Shown here piece by piece: positions 47,201-56,052 of a stretch of 64,000 bases of DNA. The DNA is from an uncultured Gammaproteobacteria bacterium (lineage in GTDB: Bacteria > Patescibacteriota > Patescibacteriia > Magasanikbacterales > GWA2-37-8). Position 1 is the stretch's first letter. The number at the start of each line of letters is the position of its first letter. The notes under the pieces were generated by a model. It did not search any database. It worked only from the letters and a program-made list of their open reading frames with translations, and was not told the origin of the DNA. The translations under genes were made by a program, and so were the position numbers. Location of the stretch: assembly GCA_964511375.1 (NCBI GenBank), contig CAZEEW010000001.1, forward strand, positions 70,512 to 134,511, in the 5' to 3' direction.

Positions 47201-47678
47201 TACTGGTGAACCTTTTGATAACCCCGTTACTATCGGTTACAACTACATGTTGAAGTTGAACCACATGGTTGAAGACAAGATCCACCAACGTTCTATTGGC
47301 CCTTACAGTTTGATCACTCAACAGCCATTGGGCGGTAAAGCACAATTCGGTGGTCAGAGATTTGGTGAAATGGAAGTTTGGGCTTTGGAAGCATATGGTG
47401 CTGCCCATACTTTACAAGAAATGTTAACCATTAAGTCCGATGATGTTCCCGGTCGCTCTAAAGCTTATGAAGCGATCATTAAGGGTGAGCAAGTATCTCG
47501 TGTTAACATCCCTGAATCATTTAACGTTTTGGTCCGCGAACTTAAAGGTCTGGGCCTGGACGTCGAGTTATTAAGCCGTAGTGAATCTGGTCAGTATTTG
47601 CCTACTGAAGAAGTAAAGCGTGAAAAGGCAGAGACTGAAGAAGCGGCTCCGGTCGAAGCGCCGGTTCAAGCCGAGTAA
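44253..47678 (+). CDS. rpoB: RNA polymerase beta subunit
   Basis: Full-length similarity; signature segments include NMQRQAVP and GRHGNKGV. Confidence 0.98.
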   Translation: MSIYKHKPVSSAPRRFFNGREGVMPLPDLIELQKDSYGWFLKFGVKELFEEVSPITDFTGRDLELYLEDYYLDEPRFDEVVCRTRNITFEAPLRITARLVNKRTGQSKSQEIYLGEIPVMTNRGTFIVNGIERVVVSQLIRSAGAFFTAENVRGRRFYGAKIIPNRGAWIEVETDMNNVLWVKVDRKRKVAATSILRAFGYENDDEIKKLFEDVNTNPHIDYVDATIKKDLAKNRDEGLIEVYKRIRPGDLATADNAKSLIEAMFFNFERYDLGRVGVYKFNTKFDLGYTEGDFDQKDNRVLSPEKLLLVLKEVVRLNVTQEEPDDVDHLGNRRVRSVGELVQNRFRIGLARMERIIKDRMSTYDVEQLSPNKLINARPVTSAIREFFMSSQLSQFMDQTNPLSELEHKRRLSALGPGGLSRDRAGFEVRDVHTTHYGRICPIATPEGPNIGLVNHLSSYARINEFGFIETPYRKVLREVENDPKLLVGEILRGDIEGLKDGTKITEDVAKKLAKSSLKRIPVKPRLTNEIVYLNSFKEEKVVTAAASTKVDADGYFVDEMIAARVNGKAGVGRSEDVEYIDVAPHQIVSIATACIPFLEHDDATRALMGTNMQRQAVPCINPEPPLVGTGVEREAALYTGHIVVADADGDITEMDGSKIVLTTKKGEKFTYNLNKFVRSNSSTCINQHPCVNVGDKVKKGDVLSDGPSVRDGEMALGRNVLVGYMVWDGFNYEDAVIISERVVQKDAYTSIHIEDYTIDVRETKLGPEVVTSDIPNVSEEKLKNLDSEGIVRIGAEVKSGDILVGKITPKGETELSAEERLLRAIFGEKARDVRDSSLYLEHGEHGKVIGIQIFSAEAGDKLEPGVIKQVQVTVADMRKVQVGDKMSGRHGNKGVISKVVPVADMPFMEDGTPLDIILSPLGVISRMNLGQLLENHLGLAANALGYKVATPVLDGMTEEQIKAELKKAGLPEGGQVTLCDGRTGEPFDNPVTIGYNYMLKLNHMVEDKIHQRSIGPYSLITQQPLGGKAQFGGQRFGEMEVWALEAYGAAHTLQEMLTIKSDDVPGRSKAYEAIIKGEQVSRVNIPESFNVLVRELKGLGLDVELLSRSESGQYLPTEEVKREKAETEEAAPVEAPVQAE

Positions 47679-47703
47679 CGGCCTTAATTCACCTTAAATA
47701 GTC

Positions 47704-50700
47704 ATGAAAAATATGTCACGCGATTCACTCCATTCAATTGACTTCGATGCCATTCGTCTTAGGCTGGCCTCTCCTGACATTATCCGCAATTGGTCATACG
47801 GTGAAGTAAACAAACCAGAAACCATTAACTACCGCACCCAGAAACCTGAGAAGGGTGGTTTGTTTGCCGAAGAAATTTTTGGTCCGACCAAAGACTGGGA
47901 ATGTTATTGTGGAAAGTATAAAAAGATTAGATATAAAGGTATTGTCTGCGACAAGTGTGGTGTAGAAGTTACTCACTCCTTAGTTCGCCGAGAACGCATG
48001 GGTCACATCGAACTGGCTGCTCCAGTCTCCCACATTTGGTTCTTACGTTCAGTCCCATCCAAAGTTGGTTTGGTTTTAGACCTTTCGGCTCAGGCTTTGG
48101 AAAAAGTTATTTACTTCGCTTCATTTGTAATAACTCAAGTCGATGAAGAAGGTAAGAAATTAGCTTCTGATCAATTACGTCAAGAATATAAGTCCAAACG
48201 CAAACAGATCGAACGTGAATTAGAACAAGCCATTCAAAAGTTGAATGATGAAAAAGCTGGGAAATCTGCTTTGGACAACGCCCAACAAGAAGCTGAGCGC
48301 AAATTAAAATCTCTAGAAAATGATTTCCAACAAGCTGACAAGGAACTAAAGGAAATCCAAGTGATGAAGATTGTTTCCGAAAATCGTTACCAGGAACTTT
48401 CTTTGCGCTATGGTCATTTATTTGAAGCTTCAATTGGTGCCGAAGCCGTCCGCAACTTACTCGAGCGCATTGATCTTGAAGAAACTATTAAACGTCTAAC
48501 TGAGGAACAACAAACTGCAAAAGGTGCAAAACGTGAAAGAATCATCCGCCGTAAGAAACTACTTAAGAGTTTGTTCATGACTGGTATCCGCCCAGAATGG
48601 ATGATCATGTTAAATATCCCGGTTATCCCACCAGACTTACGTCCAATGGTTGCTCTTGATGGTGGTCGTTTTGCAACCAGTGACTTAAATGATTTGTATC
48701 GTCGTGTTATTAACCGCAACAATCGTTTACGTCGTTTGAATGAATTGGATGCTCCGGAAGTTATCTGTCGCAACGAGAAAAGAATGCTGCAAGAAGCGGT
48801 TGATGCTTTGATCGACAATAGTGCTCGCCACTCAAAGACCGTCACTGCTTCCACTGGTCAAAAGAGACAATTGCGTTCTTTGGCCGACATCTTAAAAGGT
48901 AAACAAGGTCGTTTCCGCCAGAATCTTTTAGGTAAACGTGTTGATTATTCTGGTCGTTCGGTAATCGTCGTTGGCCCAACCCTAAATATTGATGAATGTG
49001 GTTTGCCAAAACGCATGGCTCTCGAATTATTCAAGCCATTCATTATTAGTGAGATTATTAAACGTGAATTAGCTCACAACGTTCGTAGTGCTAGCCGCTT
49101 TATTGAATCGGAGCGTGATGAGGTTTGGGATATTTTGGAAGAATTAACCAAAACCACTCGCGTGCTTTTGAACCGTGCGCCAACCCTACACCGCTTAGGT
49201 ATCCAGGCTTTCCACCCTCGTTTAATCGAAGGTAAAGCTATCCAATTACATCCCTTGGTTTGTACGGCTTTCAACGCTGACTTCGACGGTGACCAGATGG
49301 CTGTACATTTGCCTTTGACTTTAGAAGCCCGCGCTGAAGCCGATAATCTTATGGCTGCAGAAAAGAATCTTTTGAAGCCAGCGACTGGCCAACCAGTTAT
49401 TACTCCTAAGCAAGACATTGCACTTGGTTGTTTCTACCTGACTCACCACAAGACCGATGATACGGCTGAAGTTAAGAAGTTCTTCTATTCACCAAAGGAA
49501 GCCTTGCTTGCTTACAAGAGCCGCGTTGTTACTTTGCACGAACGCATTAAAGTTCGTATTTCTGAAGGTTTAGAACGACACGGCAAGAGCGAACCATTCT
49601 TGCTTGAGACTTCCATGGGTCGTCTTATCTTCAACGAAGTTGTTCCCGAAGGCTTACCATATTACAACGAAACAATTAACGTTAAAAAATTAGCCATGAT
49701 CATCCGGCTTTCTCTTGAAATGAATGGCCAAGAACGTACCGCTCATTTCTTGGATGATTTAAAGAACATGGGCTATAAGTATGTCACCAAGTCTGGTTAC
49801 TCACTTGGTATGAACAACTTCCCACGTATTGATGAAAAGCCAGCGATCTTAAAAGAAAGCGATGCTCGTGTACAAGAAGTAGAAGAACAATTCCAAGAAG
49901 GTTTGTTAACTCAAGCTGAACGTCGTGCCAAGATTTTAGAAATCTGGACTGAAGCTAAAGAAAAGATTTTGGCCAATAACCAAGCAACCTTGGATAAAAA
50001 CGGTCCAGTATTCGCCATGATTGATTCTGGTGCTCGTGGTACTTGGGGTCAGCTTGGTCAGGTTATTGGTATGAAAGGTTTGGTGGTGTCTCCTTCCGGC
50101 GATATTATCGAGCTTCCGGTTAAAGGTAACTTTAAAGAAGGTTTCGATGTACTTGAATTCTTCATCTCCTCCCACGGTACTCGTAAGGGTTTGTCCGATA
50201 CCGCTTTACGTACTGCTAACGCTGGTTACTTAACCCGTCGTTTAGTAGATGTTTCTCAAGATGTCGTAGTCTTAGAAGACGATTGTGGTGATGATATCGG
50301 TGAAACCTTTACTGAAGCTCAGTCTAAAGAAATGGGTGAGAAATTGGCTGACCGTGTCTGGGGTCGTTATGTCTTAGCGGATGTTAAGACAAACGATGGT
50401 AAGGTCATTGTTAAGGCCGGTGAAGCCATTGATGACAAAGCGGCTCGCGAAATTGAAAAGAGCGGTGTTACCTCAGTGCATGTTCGTAGCGTCTTACAAT
50501 GTCATTTGCCAAAAGGTGTTTGCCGCAAGTGTTATGGCTTTGATCTCGCCCACAACGCTCCAGCTAACATTGGTGTGGCCGTTGGTGTAATCGCTGCTCA
50601 GTCTATCGGTGAACCGGGTACTCAGCTTACACTTCGCACCTTCCACACTGGTGGTGTCATGGGTGGAGATATTACCCAAGGTTTGCCCCGCGTAGAAGAA

Positions 50701-51591
50701 CTATTTGAATGTCGTGCACCAAAGCACCAAGCTGTCTTGGCTGAAGTTGAAGGAACTGTCGAAATTGATGATGCTGACGGTAAGGTTATTACTTCCGCCT
50801 CTGGCAAGAAGATCTTTGAAGGCCGCCGTGGTCAAAAAATCATCCGCATTAAGTTTGAGGGTATGGAAGAAATGAAACTCAAATTTACTGAGGAAGACGA
50901 AGTGGAAGTAAAAGATGGTGATACAGTAAATAAAGATCAGGTTCTCATGGTTCGTGGTGGATCTGGTGAAGAAATTAAAGCTAAATACGGTGGTACTGTT
51001 AAAGTTAACAAGAACACTATTATTTTAACCTACGAAGGTCCAAAGGTTCGTGAATACATCGTCCCATTGGGTTACAAAGTCACTGTTCAAGACGGACAAA
51101 AGGTAGAAAAAGGTGACCGCCTAACTGATGGTAGTATTAACCTCCAAGACCTCTTTGATCTTAAGGGTCGCCCAGCGGTGCAAAGATACGTTTTGGAAGA
51201 AGTACAAAACATCTACTCTTCTCAAGGCCAGAAGGTTAATGATAAGCACGTAGAAATCATTATCCGCCAGATGTTTAGCCGTGTCTATGTTGAAGATGCT
51301 GGTGACACAGATTTATTACCAGGTGAAGTAGTAGAGAAAGCCCAGTTAGAGATTTCTAACCGTATGGCTAAGAAAGACGGCGGTAAGACTGCTACCTGCC
51401 GCGAACTCTTACTCGGTGTTTCTCGTGTTGCTCTTTCCACCCAGAGTTTCTTGTCTTCTGCTTCCTTCCAGGAAACAGCGAAAGTTCTTATTAACACCGC
51501 TATCACTGGTAAGATTGACTATCTTGAAGGTCTTAAAGAAAATGTTATTATCGGTCGTCTTATCCCAGCTGGTACTGGTTTCAAAGGTTAA
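47704..51591 (+). CDS. rpoC: RNA polymerase beta' subunit
   Basis: Zinc finger CYCGKYKKIRYKGIVCDKCG, catalytic NADFDGDQM, and full-length similarity. Confidence 0.98.
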   Translation: MKNMSRDSLHSIDFDAIRLRLASPDIIRNWSYGEVNKPETINYRTQKPEKGGLFAEEIFGPTKDWECYCGKYKKIRYKGIVCDKCGVEVTHSLVRRERMGHIELAAPVSHIWFLRSVPSKVGLVLDLSAQALEKVIYFASFVITQVDEEGKKLASDQLRQEYKSKRKQIERELEQAIQKLNDEKAGKSALDNAQQEAERKLKSLENDFQQADKELKEIQVMKIVSENRYQELSLRYGHLFEASIGAEAVRNLLERIDLEETIKRLTEEQQTAKGAKRERIIRRKKLLKSLFMTGIRPEWMIMLNIPVIPPDLRPMVALDGGRFATSDLNDLYRRVINRNNRLRRLNELDAPEVICRNEKRMLQEAVDALIDNSARHSKTVTASTGQKRQLRSLADILKGKQGRFRQNLLGKRVDYSGRSVIVVGPTLNIDECGLPKRMALELFKPFIISEIIKRELAHNVRSASRFIESERDEVWDILEELTKTTRVLLNRAPTLHRLGIQAFHPRLIEGKAIQLHPLVCTAFNADFDGDQMAVHLPLTLEARAEADNLMAAEKNLLKPATGQPVITPKQDIALGCFYLTHHKTDDTAEVKKFFYSPKEALLAYKSRVVTLHERIKVRISEGLERHGKSEPFLLETSMGRLIFNEVVPEGLPYYNETINVKKLAMIIRLSLEMNGQERTAHFLDDLKNMGYKYVTKSGYSLGMNNFPRIDEKPAILKESDARVQEVEEQFQEGLLTQAERRAKILEIWTEAKEKILANNQATLDKNGPVFAMIDSGARGTWGQLGQVIGMKGLVVSPSGDIIELPVKGNFKEGFDVLEFFISSHGTRKGLSDTALRTANAGYLTRRLVDVSQDVVVLEDDCGDDIGETFTEAQSKEMGEKLADRVWGRYVLADVKTNDGKVIVKAGEAIDDKAAREIEKSGVTSVHVRSVLQCHLPKGVCRKCYGFDLAHNAPANIGVAVGVIAAQSIGEPGTQLTLRTFHTGGVMGGDITQGLPRVEELFECRAPKHQAVLAEVEGTVEIDDADGKVITSASGKKIFEGRRGQKIIRIKFEGMEEMKLKFTEEDEVEVKDGDTVNKDQVLMVRGGSGEEIKAKYGGTVKVNKNTIILTYEGPKVREYIVPLGYKVTVQDGQKVEKGDRLTDGSINLQDLFDLKGRPAVQRYVLEEVQNIYSSQGQKVNDKHVEIIIRQMFSRVYVEDAGDTDLLPGEVVEKAQLEISNRMAKKDGGKTATCRELLLGVSRVALSTQSFLSSASFQETAKVLINTAITGKIDYLEGLKENVIIGRLIPAGTGFKG

Positions 51592-51602
51592 TAAAATATT
51601 TA

Positions 51603-51632
51603 AAGAGCCCCATAACTGGGGCTCTTGTTTTT
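51603..51632 (+). terminator. Intrinsic terminator after rpoC
   Basis: AAGAGCCCC-ataact-GGGGCTCTT followed by gTTTTT. Confidence 0.9.
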
Positions 51633-51659
51633 GGCTAAAATTTGAGATAGAATAACAAT

Positions 51660-51694
51660 ATAAAACAAAAATCCTACACTTTAAAGTATAGGAT
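51660..51694 (-). terminator. AT-rich intrinsic terminator downstream of the island 3 gene
   Basis: On the minus strand: ATCCTATAC-tttaaa-GTGTAGGAT followed by TTTTTGTTTT. Confidence 0.6.
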
Positions 51695-51751
51695 CTTATG
51701 TATTCCATTTAGCTTCTCTGTAGTCTTTAGCTAACAAGTGTTTGCTAGTTA

Positions 51752-52066
51752 AGGGCCGGGACAGAGAAGCTGTCCGCGGGTTAAAGAGTATGGGAACAGC
51801 TAGGTGGTTCGTCGATCACCGCCTTCGCTGTAGAACAGCGAGGGTAGCGATTGAGAAGAACACACCTCCCACAACCGTCACGCGCTTAGGTTCGCGCGCA
51901 AGATCGTGGAACAAGCCGTCCCCGGTAAGGTCACCGCTCGCGCAGGCCAGGAGTCCGCAGATGATGCTTGCGAACACGGCTCCAGCCACGAGAGCGAGGA
52001 CTAGCCGAACGATCGCTTGATCACACTGCTGGGTCATTTGACCCCTCCATGCCCCCGCAGGGGCAA
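51752..52066 (-). other. GC-rich island 3 (foreign-composition cassette)
   Basis: Abrupt composition switch on both sides. Hairpin GCCCC-tgcg-GGGGC lies upstream of the SD, and GGACAG-N5-CTGTCC lies downstream of the stop. Confidence 0.8.
51816..52037 (-). CDS. Hypothetical 73-aa two-TM membrane protein (island 3)
   Basis: SD GGAGGGGTCAA-ATG at the internal Met of the 91-aa ORF. Two hydrophobic helices (IVRLVLALVAGAVFASIICGLLA; VTVVGGVFFSIATLAVL). Confidence 0.6.
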   Translation of the reverse strand: MTQQCDQAIVRLVLALVAGAVFASIICGLLACASGDLTGDGLFHDLAREPKRVTVVGGVFFSIATLAVLQRRR

Positions 52067-52081
52067 GTTGGAATAGACAAG

Positions 52082-52110
52082 ATTTAATCACGAAAATGAG
52101 TTATAGTCAA
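52082..52110 (-). promoter_or_regulatory. TTGACT-N17-TTAAAT promoter-like element reading into island 3
   Basis: Counted on the minus strand. Lies in the AT-rich gap shared with the divergent gene at 52121. Confidence 0.4.
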
Positions 52111-52120
52111 TCACATTTTT

Positions 52121-53986
52121 ATGTATAACCGCACCAAAATTATAGTCGTAACTTCCCTAATTTTAGCTATATTTGCAGGAATTCTAGGATATTTTTATGG
52201 GCCAAAAATATCCACAGATGGCAGCGTTTTTAACAGTACTGTTGAGGCTCAAAATGATAATCCCAACACCTCAACACCGGTCGTAGGTAAAAACCATAAT
52301 CCCTATGTAAACGATTCTCGTTTGTATGATGAATTTTTTGACTACGCCAAAAAGCCTAATGCCATTAGTGATAAAATTGTCTCTGGTGTTATCCCACATC
52401 ATCTTGTCGCTGGTCACTATGTAGCTGGATTTTTCGATTCTGTACAGAACACCGATCCTGAAGTAGTAGTATTGGTTGGGCCTAATCATGGGCAGCGTGG
52501 CAATGACAATTTTGTATCCAGCTACTTAAATTGGAACACACCATATGGTGAATTAAAGACAGATGCTAAATTGGTTGGTAAATTGGAAAAAGAAGGACTG
52601 GTTAAGATTAAGCCGGAAATAATGGAGGGAGAACATAGTATTAGTTCGCTCGTACCGTTTATCAGAAAAAACTGGAAAAACACTAAAATAGTGCCAGTCA
52701 TTGTTAAAAACAACGCCACAACTTCAGAATTAGATCGATTGGTGGAGTGGATTAAAAATGAAGTAGGAGATAAGGGATTGCTTTTAACTAGTGTAGACTT
52801 TTCACACTACCTGCAAAAAGATTCGGCAGATTTTCATGATGAGTTGTCCTTAGCAGTTTTAAGATCAGGCGACTTATCTCGGGTTCGTAAGTTGGAAGTA
52901 GATAGCCCTAATAGTTTGTACTTATTACTGAAGTACAATGAACAAATGGGTGCGAAAAAGTTTGAATTTTTTTCTCATACTAATAGTGCGGACATTTTAG
53001 AAAATCCGTCCTTGCTGGAAACCACTTCTCACGTCATTGCCGGATTTAATAGAGGTGAAGCGGCAGATAAGGCTATTACAATGCAATTTTTTGGCGACAT
53101 GATGCTAGAACGCAATGTTGCTAAGGTCATGGGCGTAAAAGGACTAGATTATCTTTTTGACAAATTAAAGGCCCAAGAAAACCGCTTCTTCTATGGCATG
53201 GACTTATTAGTTGCCAACCTCGAAGGTCCGTTTGCGCCAAGTAGAGTCCCCACCACTAAGTCCATCGCTTTTCGTTTTGATCCAAAACTCGCTTCGCAAT
53301 TGTCTAAGTATGGTTTCAGCGGATTCAATATCGCCAACAACCATACCGTGGATATGGGCTGGGCGAATGTGGATTACACCAAAAAGATTTTAAAACAAAA
53401 TAATTTAAAATATTTTGGTGATCAATTACGTGAAGGGAAAGAGTATTCTTGGATTGCGGGAGAAGAAATGGGCTTACCAGAAAAAGTTGCTTTTATCGGT
53501 GTTAATAACACCGACCACGCCTTGAAGATGGCAAAGGTTAGAGAAGCGATTGAGGAAGCAAAAAAGCAGGCTAGATACATAGTTGTTAACGTCCATTGGG
53601 GAGTAGAATACCAGCGAAACTCCAGAAAGGCTGAACAAGATTTAGCGCATTGGTTTGTGGACCAAGGAGTCGATGCGGTGATTGGTCATCATCCCCATGT
53701 GATTCAAGAAATGGAAGTGTATAAAGGTGCACCAATTTTTTATTCACTTGGCAATTTCATCTTTGACCAATATTTTTCAACGGAAACACAAGAAGGTATA
53801 AGCGTTGGATTAACTTTTAGCGACGGTAAGGTGAACGACGTGTATGTCTTCCCTTTCTACGGCACGAAATCCCAGGTTCAGTTAATGACCGGTAGTCGTA
53901 AAACAAAGTTTTTTGACTGGTGGAATAAAAATAGTCGGTTGGGAGGAGAGAAATTTGAAAATGGTAAAATAACTTTAAGTGAATAA
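52121..53986 (+). CDS. Fusion protein: Memo-like (AmmeMemoRadiSam system protein B) N-domain plus CapA/PGA_cap metallophosphatase C-domain
   Basis: N-terminal TM helix. GVIPHHLVAGHY, VLVGPNHG and DFSHY are Memo-like; ANNHTVDMG, HWGVEY and GHHPHVIQE...YSLGNFIFDQ are CapA-like. Confidence 0.8.
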   Translation: MYNRTKIIVVTSLILAIFAGILGYFYGPKISTDGSVFNSTVEAQNDNPNTSTPVVGKNHNPYVNDSRLYDEFFDYAKKPNAISDKIVSGVIPHHLVAGHYVAGFFDSVQNTDPEVVVLVGPNHGQRGNDNFVSSYLNWNTPYGELKTDAKLVGKLEKEGLVKIKPEIMEGEHSISSLVPFIRKNWKNTKIVPVIVKNNATTSELDRLVEWIKNEVGDKGLLLTSVDFSHYLQKDSADFHDELSLAVLRSGDLSRVRKLEVDSPNSLYLLLKYNEQMGAKKFEFFSHTNSADILENPSLLETTSHVIAGFNRGEAADKAITMQFFGDMMLERNVAKVMGVKGLDYLFDKLKAQENRFFYGMDLLVANLEGPFAPSRVPTTKSIAFRFDPKLASQLSKYGFSGFNIANNHTVDMGWANVDYTKKILKQNNLKYFGDQLREGKEYSWIAGEEMGLPEKVAFIGVNNTDHALKMAKVREAIEEAKKQARYIVVNVHWGVEYQRNSRKAEQDLAHWFVDQGVDAVIGHHPHVIQEMEVYKGAPIFYSLGNFIFDQYFSTETQEGISVGLTFSDGKVNDVYVFPFYGTKSQVQLMTGSRKTKFFDWWNKNSRLGGEKFENGKITLSE

Positions 53987-54000
53987 CTATTAAGTTTTGT

Positions 54001-54729
54001 ATGTCAGGACATTCCAAATGGCACAATATTCAAGGACGGAAAGGTAAACAAGATGCGAAGCGTAGCAACCTATTTACTAAATTTGCTAAAGGCATTACGG
54101 TCGCGGCCCAATCTGGTGGAGGAGACCCTGAAATGAATTTCTCTTTACGCATTGCAATTGAAAAGGCTAAGGCTGTCGGTATGCCCAAAGATAATATCGA
54201 GCGGGCTATCAAACGCGGCACTGGTGAATTAAATGATGGCGTAAAAGTAGAAACAGTAATATATGAGGGATATGGACCGGGCGGTGTGGCCATACTTCTA
54301 AAAGCTTTAACTGACAATAAGAATCGAACTGTTTCAGATGTTAAACATTTGCTTTCTGAACATGGTGGCTCAATGGCTGGGCCGGGAAGCGTACTTTGGA
54401 TGTTTGAGCAGTGGGGATTAATTACTATCAGCAGATCCAGCATTACCAAAAGTCGTGATGAATTTGAATTAGAGTTAATCGAAGCTGGGGCTGAGGATAT
54501 TGCCGACGTGGAGGAAGATAAAGTTGAAATTAAAACCAAAGTAGAAAATTTACAAAAAGTTTTAGCTGCTCTTAAGACCTCTGGTATTGAACCAGAACAA
54601 TCCGGATTAGTGTGGTTGGCTAAAGACGAAGTAGATGTGACACCAGAGAATGCCGAGAAGCTGGCCGATCTCTTCGCCGAACTAGAAGACAATGATGATA
54701 TCGAAGATTATTACACCAACGCTAAATAG
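54001..54729 (+). CDS. yebC: YebC/PmpR-family transcriptional regulator
   Basis: N-terminus MSGHSKWHNIQGRKGKQDAKR and full-length family similarity. Confidence 0.9.
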   Translation: MSGHSKWHNIQGRKGKQDAKRSNLFTKFAKGITVAAQSGGGDPEMNFSLRIAIEKAKAVGMPKDNIERAIKRGTGELNDGVKVETVIYEGYGPGGVAILLKALTDNKNRTVSDVKHLLSEHGGSMAGPGSVLWMFEQWGLITISRSSITKSRDEFELELIEAGAEDIADVEEDKVEIKTKVENLQKVLAALKTSGIEPEQSGLVWLAKDEVDVTPENAEKLADLFAELEDNDDIEDYYTNAK

Positions 54730-54730
54730 C

Positions 54731-55255
54731 ATGAAAGCACTACTCGAAAAAAAGACAAGAATAATTGGTATTGACCCCGGTTTTGGTCGGGTTGGTTATG
54801 GCGTAATAGAGAAGGTAGGGAGGAGAGATTGGCAAGTAGTGGATTATGGTTGCATTGAAACCGCTAAGGGGAAAAAGTTTGTCGATCGCTTAACAGAAAT
54901 ATTTGACGAGCTAAATGTTTTAGTTAAAAAATACAAACCAGAAAGAATGGCGGTTGAAAAGCTATTCTTTTTTCGTAATGTAACAACCGCAATTGAAGTC
55001 GGGCAGGCCCGAGGGGTAATATTACTTACCGCTGTTCAGAATGGACTGGAGGTAGACGAATTTACGCCGCTTCAGGTAAAGCAAGCCATTACTGGCTACG
55101 GTAAAGCAGAGAAGCCGCAGATGCAGAAAATGGTAGCTATGATATTAGGTATCAAGGAAAAAATAAAATCCGATGATGCGGCCGACGCCCTGGCGATTGC
55201 TTTGTGTGCCGGACAGAGTCTGTGGATGAATAAACTAAAAGGAGTAAAACCGTGA
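54731..55255 (+). CDS. ruvC: Holliday junction resolvase RuvC
   Basis: IIGIDPGFGRVGYGVIE and a C-terminal DAADALAIALC. The ATG at 54731 directly follows the yebC stop. Confidence 0.9.
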   Translation: MKALLEKKTRIIGIDPGFGRVGYGVIEKVGRRDWQVVDYGCIETAKGKKFVDRLTEIFDELNVLVKKYKPERMAVEKLFFFRNVTTAIEVGQARGVILLTAVQNGLEVDEFTPLQVKQAITGYGKAEKPQMQKMVAMILGIKEKIKSDDAADALAIALCAGQSLWMNKLKGVKP

Positions 55256-55262
55256 AGCACGG

Positions 55263-55291
55263 TTGACAATTTGTCTAATTTTAGCTAAAAT
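55263..55291 (+). promoter_or_regulatory. Sigma70-type promoter TTGACA-N17-TAAAAT upstream of island 4
   Basis: Consensus -35 and 17-nt spacer counted by hand, about 60 nt before the GC switch. Confidence 0.55.
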
Positions 55292-55349
55292 CACATTCAT
55301 ACATTGGACGTGATTTGTTTTTTAATAGCGAAAATTGCTGTTAAAAAAC

Positions 55350-55988
55350 ATGTCTCGTCCAGGGCGGACGGGAGTAAACCCGCAACGGGAGAGTTCAGAT
55401 GAAGAGCCTGGTGTCGTGTTTCGTGCTGGTCGCCCTGTTCCTCAACCTGTTCGGCTGCATCGAAGCGGCCGAGTTCAACCACTCCGACGCGACGACCGTG
55501 TCGGAGGACGTGGCTAGCGTCCAAGACGTCTCCTTGCCAGAGGAGAACGACATCGCCATCAAGATTCCCCGGGCGGAGTGCCCGGAGGCAACAGCCGGAC
55601 CATACACGGTCCGAGTTGTGATCGACGCCACGACCTGGGTCAGGATCTCGTCCGAGGTAGAGCGTGTCTTCCTCAGCCGGGAGCTCGATGCAGATCGGAT
55701 GGACACGGCCGAAATTCGCGTCGAGTCCGCCGGGTGCGATTTCCAGTTCGCCATCAGCAACAACTCCACGGAGGTCGCGCACGTCTCTGTGGAAGCCCCG
55801 ACAGGGGTTTCCATCACCATCCGGTACGCCCGTGGCGGATCCGAGACCGTTCCCGCGAACGGTTTCAAGCAGGCGATCGTCTACACGGTCGGTAATGTGA
55901 AGTACTACTTCCATTACCAGCCGCCGGGCTGAGCACCAAGGGCGGCAAGTCGCCGCCCGCGAGGCTGCCGCATCGTACTGGCCCTCGT
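55350..55988 (+). other. GC-rich island 4 (foreign-composition cassette)
   Basis: The composition switch falls exactly at an ATG (55350). Contains a lipoprotein ORF, with hairpin GGGCGGC-N5-GCCGCCC (55940-55958) after the stop. Confidence 0.8.
55399..55932 (+). CDS. Hypothetical lipoprotein, 177 aa (island 4)
   Basis: Signal peptide with lipobox LFGC, very high G/C at third positions, and SD-like GGGAGAG 7 nt upstream. Confidence 0.7.
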   Translation: MKSLVSCFVLVALFLNLFGCIEAAEFNHSDATTVSEDVASVQDVSLPEENDIAIKIPRAECPEATAGPYTVRVVIDATTWVRISSEVERVFLSRELDADRMDTAEIRVESAGCDFQFAISNNSTEVAHVSVEAPTGVSITIRYARGGSETVPANGFKQAIVYTVGNVKYYFHYQPPG

Positions 55989-56052
55989 ATTCATTATTAA
56001 TCCTTTGGGGTTGGTAATGAGTACTTACTTCCAGTACGCTTGCGAATAAAAA

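Noticed and set aside
54030-54692. A 220-aa Ser-rich ORF antisense to yebC.
   Set aside because: It lies entirely within a well-conserved gene on the other strand and has low-complexity composition. It is a typical shadow ORF. Similar antisense ORFs inside rpoB, rpoC, the adhesin genes, ftsK and the GGDEF gene were ignored for the same reason.
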